Source of the DNA: Octopus sinensis
Lineage: Eukaryota
Length of the DNA: 64,000 nucleotides
Assembly: GCF_006345805.1 (NCBI RefSeq)
Contig: NC_042999.1
Location: 83,886,001-83,950,000 of the forward strand
Reading direction: 5' to 3'
Shown here: in pieces, positions 53,400-64,000 of the stretch
Numbering within the stretch: the first letter of the stretch is position 1
How the letters are laid out: each line of letters starts with the position of its first letter
The notes under the pieces: generated by a model
What the model saw: the letters and a program-made list of their open reading frames with translations, nothing else
The model's database searches: none
Told to the model about the DNA's origin: nothing
Made by a program: the position numbers and the translations under genes

Positions 53400-55265
53400 T
53401 ATAATACCTTTCTGCCACCCCTTTAATAGTTGGGCTATACAGGTCACCCCATGCGCCACTACTGTGCTTTGATGAATGCCTCAAGAAAGCTGTGCAACCA
53501 GTGCAAAGCAAGTAGCATTTTCATGATGGGCAATTTCATTCTCCCGTGCATTGATTGGACTACTCATATTCTGAGAGCAAGTGTGTGCATTTCAGCCCCA
53601 GAAAAAGCAGCAGTAGAATCACTATTCAAATTCATGGACGAATTCTACCTGTCTCAACTCGTGCTCGTGCCTACGAGATTGAAAAAGAAATACTCCGGAC
53701 TTAGTATTAAGTAAACATAGAAACACTATCCATGATATTGCAGTGGAAACTCTTCTCTCAAACTACGATATGGTTCTTTGTAGCCTAATGCTTCGACGGC
53801 CTAGCGAAAAACCTGACTATCACACACCAACGCACCCTTTTGATCTCTTGGATCTCCACAAGGCTAACTGGAAGGAAATCCCCCACGATCTTTCGTTCGC
53901 TGATTAGTGTTTCACAGATTCTCTCTCACTAATAACATTGCCTCATCGTGGCATTTATTTGTGGACACTGTCACAAACATGTTCACGCCACATCCCACTA
54001 CGATCCATGGACAAAACAAAATGCAGGCTGCATAAAAATAATTAAAAATCGCTCATAAGAAAAATAAAAAGAATAAATAAATAAAACCATCAACCGACTA
54101 AAATGTTGCCAGCTGCACCACTCCTATATGTCAGACATAGCTCTACTGGACTCGAAGAAATTTTATCTCCAAAACTCTTTGAAGCATGTCATTATGAATG
54201 GACGGATAACTGAGGAGAAATGGGCCATCGAGAAAAATTAAACTCCATTCCAAAATGCTCTTCTCATTCGCCAAAATACATAAGAACGCTATTTCACCTG
54301 TCGGGCCTCTGATTGCCGAAGACAACACTCTCCATTAGTAGTACAGAAGACATGGTTAAGACTCAGCAGAAACAATACTGCTCTGCTTTCAGCAATCCCA
54401 GTATTGTTAACCTAGCCAACATATTAGAAAAAAATATACCACAGCACAGTGTTTCTGACATATCGTTTGATGCCTTGGACGTCATAGCAACTATTAGCAA
54501 AATAACGAACAACTCAGCTGCAGGCCCCCGATAGTTCGCCCAATAAAGTTCTGAAGGAGTGCCGACTCCAGTTAATCCTCCCTTTAGTTACTCTCTGGCG
54601 AAAATCAGTACATGCGAGAAAAATAAACTGGAGTGACACCCCAATTATTATTCTACTTTTCTCTACTTTTGCTTGTCCTCACCTTCAATCCTGTTGTCCG
54701 CTGTGGCCACCCCACAAGATACAGATATTAAGAAAATTGAAGCTCCCTAGAGATCAATCACAAGAAAAAAAAAATAGATGACATGACAATCCTTGACTAT
54801 TGGGATCGACTCAGAAAGCTCAGGCTTTACTCCCTCCAACACCACCGTGAGCGCTATATCATTTGTATGATGTGGAAAATACTCCATCAACATTGCCCAA
54901 ATGTTATAGGTATCATCTTTAAAATTTATCCAAGGCTTGGCCCCCGTGCATCCGTCGACCAGAGTAATCATGTTCGTGTCGTATCACAACACTACGACAG
55001 AATTATTTCACCTCAACTGACTCTGCTCTCTTCAACATCGTGCCAGCCCACATAAAGGAGGAATGATTTCACGGCATTCAAACGGTCCCTAGATGATTAC
55101 CTCCAACAAATACCAGACAAACCATCCACACCTGGATATGTCTCTGAAAGCAATAACGTTCTGCTTGAATAGGCTATGGTGCCATAGAGCTGACTCTGTA
55201 TCTCTTCCAGGTGGTGTTATTAAATTAGATATGGCCTGGGCCAACTTCGGCCGAAGGGTAAATAA
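53400..55265 (+). mobile_element. Degenerate CR1/L2-group LINE ORF2 lacking the RT core
   Basis: MGNFILPCIDW, SQLVLVPTR (APE); SAAGP; then YWDRLRKLRLYSLQHHRERYII..MWKI and LD.YL.QIPD.P. Confidence 0.8.
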
Positions 55266-55282
55266 GTAATCCATATATATAT

Positions 55283-55354
<72 letters not shown>

Positions 55355-55365
55355 TATATATATAT

Positions 55366-55400
<35 letters not shown>

Positions 55401-56544
55401 GTATATATGTGGATACATGCATTCATACAAGCACTTTCCTGTAAGACCATTTCGACATTAACATTTCATTCTCAGTGTATATAACTATTATGAGTAAATG
55501 TATAGTTAAAGAGCCTACGTATGTATCATGAGATCGACCTACATGAACATTTAATCATTTGGAAATTAATTTGATGTAAATCGCTTCCCGAATGATTCAA
55601 TTATGTTTATCAGTAAGTGTTTAATTGTGATATACGTGAGTATATGTCAAGTGGCTCATATTAAAAGATATACATAGAGGAATGTGGGTAATTTCACTAC
55701 TTACCAATTTAAATAATTGTAAGCGTATATTGAAGTAAACACTGTGGAAATATTTTCGCATGTATAAATATCCTCTTTAGATTTAATACACATATAAGTA
55801 AAAATTACATGTAAAGATCCGTCTGTATAAAAATGTATGTCGATTTTACTGTGTTAGTTATTTAATCGTTTGTGAAACTATTTTGTCATAAAAACACCCA
55901 TAAAATATTTTATTATATTTAACTCTAAATATGTCAATATTTAACTTAGATACTTAGATACGCACAGAATTACACAGAGAAAAGGGTGTATGGAAACATG
56001 TGAAGATTAACTGCATATCGCTTAAATCAACCGTTAACCTATTTTGATACGAAAATATGTTTAATTCTAAGTATAAGCAGAGGTTTACATATAATATATG
56101 CGTAAACTCATAGCATTATGCCTATAGCAGTGCTAGTTAACGTAAGTACACGTCTGATTTAACTGCATATCCTTTTCACAATTTGCTATGTAAGTTAAGG
56201 TTATAGCGGTCTTGAATTACAATATTTAATCCATTTGGATATCTGCATTAGATTAGCGCAAATGTAGCAATCGCATCTGAGATATAAATTGCATATACAT
56301 TTAGCTATTTGAGAACGAATTGAGACGCTAAAGTGGCAATGGAGTATTTAATATAATTTAAGTCCGAGTATTTGCTGGGCATTAGTCATGATATGCATAA
56401 GCACACACAAGTGTATTTGCTTGTAGAATGATGTATATAGCGCAAATACACATATGTATACATACCTTCCAACATTTGTATGACTGGATATATGTCTATA
56501 TAGGTAAGTGTAAATATGGAAATTATATATATATATATACATAT

Positions 56545-56597
<53 letters not shown>

Positions 56598-56869
56598 TAG
56601 ATAGATACGTATCTCTGTGTGCATATACAAGTACACGTACATGATCCTTGTTTTCTACCAACGTTACTACTTTCTTTGTAAATTTGGAACTAACATAGGA
56701 TTATGAGAGTGTTACAGAAAAGTGTGTGACGGATCGAATTATACTCAGTTTTGGACGAGCCAAACAATTATTCAAAGGCCTAGCAGGAGCAGTCATTGGC
56801 TGTGTAGTTTTTTTTGCTTCAATTCGAAATATGTTGCAACTCTGTTTTTTAATAAGTGGTAGACTTAGG

Positions 56870-57152
56870 GCGCCATGTGTATATGTGTATGCATGTGTGT
56901 GTGTTTGAGTGTGAGTCTATGTTTATTTTTGTACCCCACCTACACTTGACAACTGATGTTGGTTTATTTACATTCCCAAGACTTAGCAGTAAGGCAAAAG
57001 ATAATTCAGTTTCCCCCAAAGAAGTCTCCTTGCAAGGTTTTGGTTGTTTTGGGGCCATAGTAGAAAATATTTATTTGCTTAAGGTGCCATGTAGAGGGAT
57101 GGAACACAAAACCATTTAGTTGGGGAACAAACTTCTTAACCACACAGCCATG
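56870..57152. mobile_element. Degenerate SINE family A pieces in opposite orientations
   Basis: 3' part on plus (~56877-57002), 5' head on minus (~57005-57152). Confidence 0.6.
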
Positions 57153-57157
57153 CATGC

Positions 57158-57233
<76 letters not shown>

Positions 57234-57289
57234 GTCTGTCTGTCTCTCTGTCTGTTTAAGCATGCATGTGCCCATCTATCCATCCATCC

Positions 57290-57540
57290 ATGCAGCCCTT
57301 CTTTGCTGAATGCTTCCTTTATGATGATGGCATTCAAAACTGTAGAATAATTCATGCATAGAAGAGTCGATGGCATTGACTGCATGGCCATGTTGGTGGA
57401 GGTCGAGGCTACTTTTGTCAAGTTCTTCTCTCCTGTCGTTTGATTTCTTCCTTTTCTCTTCTAGTGGCTTCGAAGTTTTGGTTCTGATGATGACAGAACA
57501 CTTCCACTTGGTACAGTCTTAGGATTGTGTTTCAAATGAT
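57290..57540 (-). mobile_element. RTE-like LINE C-terminal fragment
   Basis: KWKCSVII../FEATRREKEEIKRQERR resembles the WR..V..G...FE..R....E.KR..RK RTE terminus. Confidence 0.45.
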
Positions 57541-57563
57541 TTAGGCTCAAGTCCAGTATTGTA

Positions 57564-57597
<34 letters not shown>

Positions 57598-57639
57598 CGA
57601 AATGTGTACTTACATATGAGAGAACAAAGAGTACGTACG

Positions 57640-57987
57640 CCGGCCAGATCAGCCAACTGGTTTTCGTGCCAGTGGCACGTAAAAGGGTACCGTTCCAGCT
57701 TGATCGTTACCAAAGTCGCCTTACTGGCACCTGTGCTGGTGGCATGTGTAAAAAGATTTGAGCGAGGTCATTGTCAGTACCGCCTAACTGGCCCCCGTGC
57801 CAGTGGCACGTAATAAGTACCCACTACACTCTCGCAGTGGTTGGCGTTAGGAAGGGTATCCAGCTGTAGAAACTCTGCCAAATCAAGACTGGAGCCTGGT
57901 GCAGCCATCTGGTTCTCCAGCCCTCAGTCAAAATCGTCCAACCCATGCTAGCATGGAAAGCGGACGTTAAACGATGATGATGATGAT
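57640..57987 (+). mobile_element. Family D repeat with internal tandem GTGCCAGTGGCACGTAAAA-like units and (GAT)n tail
   Basis: Three units at ~57666, 57733 and 57797; tail matches the 39325 copy. Confidence 0.8.
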
Positions 57988-58160
57988 AAACTAAAATACA
58001 AAATGGGACAATAACGCAAAACATCCGGACAACTAGATGCGACATAAAGGGACAACAAATCATCCAGATAGACGATAAAAAAAAAACACGGATGGGTCAT
58101 TCGAAGCCTTTTATCTTCAGTCAAGAACAGGATCATCCTCGCAATTTCGGCTGATATCTT

Positions 58161-58210
<50 letters not shown>

Positions 58211-59058
58211 ATACTGTAGTGTTATCAAAGATTAAAGGAAAGCTAACATCAACATATGCCAGAAAATCATACGTAATACTGGAAGATGGAAAGTGAAAAG
58301 CAAAAAGCAAAAAAAAAAAAGGTAAGAAAAAGGGAAAAAGAAAATTTTTGTAGAACTTTAAGAAGACAGACTTCAAAGAAGCAAGATGGTAAAAATTGCT
58401 ACTTTAATACCAACAAATTCTGCTCACATGTGTTTTATGAAGATTTTTTATCAGACGACTGTTTGACTCTAATTTACAATAAAATAATAGCAAGTATTAA
58501 TTACCATAAAAATAAGGTCGAAGATCATGAACACGTATTATTGCTTTCAATGTAATTGGCGACCTCAGTCGAGTCACTCGTCTCATAGGAATCGGCACTA
58601 TGGGATCGACACCCACGCGCATAAATATGTATATACGCACGCACACACACTCACACACACACATTCATATATAAATAATTATTTGAACCTAGTAGTATGC
58701 CGATTAAAGTAGTTTCACTATCTGTGGCTACCTGATATCATCCACAGTTTTGATATATATGTCATTGGATCTATTTCAGACATTCCGCCGTGAATTTCAG
58801 AGTTAGCGGTTATAGTAACCGACTAAGGGATAAAATATCCGTATATACTATCAGTAGCCGTTGCCTATATTATCTTCGGGCATTGGTGTGCAGGCACATC
58901 ATACATGTAGAGCGTAGATAACAGCAGGATAAACAAGAGTTTATCAGGAAACAATTCTAATAATTAGAAATTGGAGAAAACCACAGATTAACCAACACGA
59001 CGATTGGACCACACTTATAGCTTGCTTTTTAATACAAAGCATGAAATAATAAAATAGG

Positions 59059-59561
59059 TGACGAAACATATCTTACGGCCGTTACTGATCAGGTTGCCAA
59101 AATCCAGTCTATAAATAAATGCGAGATTAAACTTCTTCATCTTCATTGGGCATTCGAATTAAGGCAACGGATCTTCAGAGTAAAGAGCAAGAGCATACAA
59201 TATAAACAAAAGGAAGAAGGAAAAGGAAAGAAAACAGGACTTGGACAAAGTCTAGAAGCCCAATATGTTAAGAGCAAATAATTACCATCAGGGGCTACAG
59301 GATAGCTTTCGATACTGTAGCCCCTGATGATAATTATTTGCTCTTAACATATTGGGCTTCTAGACTATTTGTCTAAGCCATGTTTTCATTCCTTTTCCTT
59401 CTTCCTTTATTTATATATTGTATGCTCGTGTGTTTTACTCTGATGAAGACATGTGCCATATTTCGAAAGCCCTATGATGATGAAGAACTTTATTCTCGCA
59501 TTTATTTATAGACTGCATTTTTGTAACTTGATCAGTAACGGGCGTAAGATATGTTACGTCA
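59059..59561. repeat. Fold-back palindrome P7
   Basis: Arms of about 245 bp centred near 59305 (GGGGCTACAG...CTGTAGCCCC); outer TGACGAAACATATCTTACG pairs with CGTAAGATATGTTACGTCA. Confidence 0.93.
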
Positions 59562-60077
59562 TATATATATATATATATGTGTGTATATATAAAATGAATT
59601 CGGAGATCGAATGATGGACGAAAAGTTCGCTTGGCGTCTAACAAAATGACAATTTTCACACGACGGCGTGTTACTTCGTGTGAGTGCCCTTTTTCTAAAT
59701 ATCCTCGGATAGATTCATTCTTTTGTTAGGGAAAGATTGTAGATGCCCTGATTCAAACGATTTCCAGCATTACCACGCACCTTGTTTCACTGATTCGGCA
59801 AAAAAAATCACTTTAAGATTAAACGTATTTGGCAGATGCTCAATCACCTATTACTCCAAGCACAGTCCATTCAGTGCATCCAACTATTGAATGCTCGCCG
59901 TCGGACAATGCAGATCCATCATCACTAACACACGCACACACAGATATTTATATTTCCCCTGTGCACATTTCACTCACAAAGAATGCACCGATCCGAGGTT
60001 ATATGGAAAACTGACATTCATATAAAGCAGCACGCAGTGCTAGATGCCAAGTGAATATTTTGTCCATGTGTGTGTAT

Positions 60078-60108
<31 letters not shown>

Positions 60109-60139
60109 TACATACACACACACACACATATATACAGTG

Positions 60140-60385
60140 GAGGCGCGTGGCTTAGTGGTTAGGGTGTTGAACTCATGATCGTAAGGTTGTGGTTTCGATT
60201 CCTGGACCGGGCGATACGTTGTGTTCTTGAGCAAAACGCTTCATTTCACGTTGCTCCAGTCCACTCAGCTGGCAAAAATTAGTAATCCTGTGACGGACTG
60301 GCGTCCCGTCCAGGTGGGGGATTTCTATGCCACTGGAACCGGGGAACCGGCCCTCATGATGCTGGCATGGCTCGAGAAGGGACAT
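60140..60385 (+). mobile_element. tRNA-derived SINE, head C with tail 2
   Basis: GGCGCGTGGCTTAGTGGTTAGGG...GGTTTCGATTCCTGG, TTGTGTTCTTGAGCAAAAC core. Confidence 0.88.
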
Positions 60386-62522
60386 TAATTTATATATATA
60401 TACAAGAGATGTGAGAAGGAGAGAATGGAATTTACTATGGAATTCCTTTGATAGATCTAGTGACATTTTTATCAAACCTGTGGATGGTATCTAGTAACCA
60501 TAGACAGTGAAACTGCTTTAATCAGCATACTACCAGGTGTATACCCAAAGTTTATGTGCATGTGTGTGCGCGTGCGGTTGTGTGCGCGTGCGTGTGTGCG
60601 CGCGTGCGTGTGTATGCGCGCGCGTGTGTGTGCGCATGTGCGTGTGTATCGCGTGCGTGTGCGTGCGTGTGCATGTGTGTACGTGCGTGTGTTCGGGCGT
60701 ACGTATGTGTGCGTGTGCGTGTGTGTGTGAGTCTGATGTTTGTGTCTATATATACACGTATATATACACGTATATATAGACATAGAGGTATATATACACG
60801 TATATATAGACATAGAGGTATACTAATTGTTATTAAATAAATTTATATGTATATATATATAAATGTGCATGGACGCATATATCTATATATCAATATATCT
60901 ATGTGTGTGCGTGTTTTTGTTGATAGAGAGTGTTTGAGTTAAATGGATTGGTCGAAGATCTATATCGTAGGAGATGTGGGAAGATATATTGTCGAAATCA
61001 ATTTCGCAAGAATAAGTCAGTTAGTATGTCTAAACAAAAATGGTTATCACTTTGTATATTCAAAGTTAACTTTGAAGCTTACTGGTCTGATGCTAATTTA
61101 CGAGATATTATGATTTATAACTGCACACAAGAGTACATGTACACACACATATAGAGTGAGAAGCCCATATATTTTTGTCAGTCTACAGTTTATTTCAGGA
61201 AGAGATGCGAAGCGAATAACTATGTATGTATGTATGTATGTGTGTGTGTATGTATGTATGTATGTATGTATGTATGTATGTATGTATGTATGTATGTATG
61301 TATGTGTGTGTGTGTGAATGTATGTAAGCATGTATGTCTGTTTGTATGATATATGTCGAAATATATGTATGTGTGTGTGTATGATATGTATATATGTATT
61401 TGTGTGTATATTTATGGATGTATCTATGCAGGTGTGTATATATATATATGTGTGTGCTTATGTATGTGTGAAGTTATGTATATATGTATATATGCGAGTG
61501 CATATATGTATAAAATTATTATTTGTGTATGTATATATGTCTGTATGTATGTTTGTGCATATGTATGTGTGTATGTATATATGTATGAATAAGTTTGCAT
61601 GTATATATATAATTGTATATACACACAAATGTATGTATGTATAAATACACTCGCATACATATATACAAACGTATATACATATATACATATATACGTGCAT
61701 GCATACATCCATATATACATACTTATGCATATATGTGCGTAACAACTTCGTAATAACTTTTCAGTCTATGTATGACCCTGTCTGTACCAATTCTCATCGC
61801 AATGTGATTTTCGAAAGTCAGTAATTTATTTTTCCAAAACGACATAAAGAATGCTACGATGCACAACTATGTACTTTATATACAAATTTATACATGTAAG
61901 TATGGAAGTCTACATATAACTATAAATACGTAAGTGCTATGTATATTTATTAAAGCATATATACATATATAAAGGCATATAATTAAATTTATCGAATATA
62001 TAAGGTAAACAGTTTTTTCCGTCCAAGAAATGTTAGCAAGGAGATGGATAAGCAAGAAATAAATTCGTATTTTGATCAATAATGTAAAGCAAAATAACGA
62101 TGGTTAAATGAAAGGACACTAACGTTTAAAATTATATCTCACATATTAAGGTAAACTTGTATATGCATTAGCTATGACTTACTTGGAAGTTCGCGTTTCT
62201 AACATCATCTAATTTACTATAAGGGCATTTTCAGAATCAAAAACCATGATCAACGGATAGTTAAATAACAAAAGACAGCCAATAATTGTTTATGTAAAAT
62301 CTCGCGAAATGCATACACAGTAACATAAAAAGCTGAAAATTTCGACAATTTTATTGTGTTTTATTGCTTTTTAACTAAAATATTAAGATAAGTAAGCGAG
62401 CTCTAATAACAGAAGTAAGATTTGAAATATAATTAAAAATTAAAGTATGCGTATGATAATGCGATTTATAATAATGATAGAAATTATAACAATATTCGCA
62501 ACTTACTTTTAGCAAAATTTAC

Positions 62523-62618
62523 TGAAACGCTTTCTACTGTGGAAATCATAAAAGCAAAGATCAGAGTGAATGAAACGCTTTCTACTGTGGAAATCATAAA
62601 AGCAAACTCAGAGTGAAT
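62523..62618. repeat. ~48-bp tandem duplication
   Basis: TGAAACGCTTTCTACTGTGGAAATCATAAAAGCAAA..TCAGAGTGAA twice. Confidence 0.9.
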
Positions 62619-62624
62619 AAATTT

Positions 62625-62820
62625 AATTTTTTTATTTGATTCAGTCAATTCACTGCGACCATGCTGGAGCACCACCTTTAGTCAAGCAAATCGGCACCAG
62701 GACCTATTCTTTGTAAGCTTAGTACTTATTCTATTGGTGATTTTTGCCGAACCGCTAAGATACGGGAACGTAAACACACCAGTATCTGTTGTCTAGCGAC
62801 GTTGGGGGGACAAACACACA
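62625..62820 (-). mobile_element. SINE family A, 3' half
   Basis: Reverse complement of 34375-34550. Confidence 0.8.
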
Positions 62821-62854
62821 CACACACGCACGCACACACACACGCGCGCACACA

Positions 62855-62911
<57 letters not shown>

Positions 62912-63161
62912 GAAATGTCAAGGTAGAAATTGCTAAAATAATATTATATAAAAACATTTCAGTACCGGTTTCAGTCATGGAGACTTTTTCAACTGTAAGT
63001 ATAGAAAACAATTTTTTCTTTTAGAAAAATTAAATGAAAAGTACTTTAAAAGAATATTTGCATAGTATTCAAATACAAGGGATATTTTCCTCGTTTCTGC
63101 CTGTCATTGTCTCTTTTGTTTACTCTTGTGAGTTCGAGGTCGTTGTGAATTCTTGGCAGGA

Positions 63162-63242
63162 AAGAAGAAGTAGAAGAAGAAGAAGAAGAAGAAGAAGAAG
63201 AAGAAGAAGAAGAAGAAGAAGAAGAAGAAGAAGAAGAAGAAG

Positions 63243-63272
<30 letters not shown>
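63162..63272. repeat. (AGA)n trinucleotide tract
   Basis: Directly visible. Confidence 0.95.
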
Positions 63273-63275
<3 letters not shown>

Positions 63276-63305
63276 ATAATGTGGAAGTGCCATGATAGTA
63301 GTAGG

Positions 63306-63496
63306 ATGTTAAATGGTCAAGTGCCCTGAGAATGACTTGATGTGGATGTTAGCAGTGATTGAATTCTTGAGACATCTCTTTTGAATGTATTGTACGCGAA
63401 TATTATAAACAATACATTCAAAAGAGATATGTCAAAAATTCAATCACTGCTAACATCCACATCAAGTCATTTTCAGGGCACTTGACCATTTAACAT
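63306..63496. repeat. Fold-back palindrome P8
   Basis: Arms 63306-63393 and 63409-63496 with a ~15-nt loop. Confidence 0.93.
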
Positions 63497-63710
63497 TTGC
63501 ATGATATGTGGTATTACGACAACTGAACATTTTTCATACCGTCACAGCGAAACATTGACTAACACCCATACCTATACACATACATACACATACGTGCATA
63601 CAAACACACAAACAGGTACACACACACACACACATATGTATTGATATATATGCCACTGTCTGGTTCTTCATTTAGTAGAGGTAAAAGAAAACTTCGTAAA
63701 TGATAAACAA

Positions 63711-63872
63711 GGCGTAGGAGTGGCTGTGTGGTAAGTAGCTTGCTTACGAACCACATGGTTCCGGGTTGAGTCCCACTGCGGGGCATCTTGAGCAAGTGCC
63801 TTCTACTATAGCCTCGGGCCGACCAAAGCCTTGTGAGTAGATTTGGTAGACGGAAACTGAGAGAAGCCCGTC

Positions 63873-63908
<36 letters not shown>

Positions 63909-64000
63909 CTATGTATGTGTGTGTATATGTTTGTGTGTCTGTGTTTGTCCCCCCAATATCGCTTGACAACCGATGCTGGTGTGTTTACGTCTCCGTAACT
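63711..64000 (+). mobile_element. SINE family A, cut by the window end
   Basis: GGCGTAGGAGTGGCTGTGTGGTAAGTAGC...GGTTGAGTCCCACTGCG; internal (TA)/(TG) tract. Confidence 0.9.

Noticed and set aside
58735-58790. Additional hammerhead-like fragments (also ~14575-14625 and ~61178-61200)
   Set aside because: Too many core mismatches or only half a motif; not distinguishable from chance by eye.

Overview
Very AT-rich eukaryotic DNA with dense microsatellites and no recognisable host protein-coding exon, tRNA or rRNA gene. The repeat repertoire looks like a coleoid cephalopod (Octopus-like) intergenic or intronic region; this is inferred from the SINE families. Contents: a near-full-length CR1-group LINE (PHD-finger ORF1, APE-RT ORF2, ~40.1-44.3 kb); truncated Tx1, R4/Dong-type (RLE), CR1-group and RTE LINE pieces; a mariner and a maT-like transposon; a Helentron-like end; many tRNA-derived SINEs with swapped heads and tails; and many Penelope-like element (PLE) remnants. 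The most notable signal is eight sequence-unrelated fold-back palindromes of about 140-500 bp, plus a coding PLE with an inverted duplicate of its 3' end. Several of these, and other PLE-adjacent sites, carry minimal type-I hammerhead-ribozyme-like motifs, suggesting one PLE fold-back route that produces long hairpin elements. Nearly all short ORFs in the supplied track are microsatellite artefacts. Coordinates were read by eye and may be off by a few bases.
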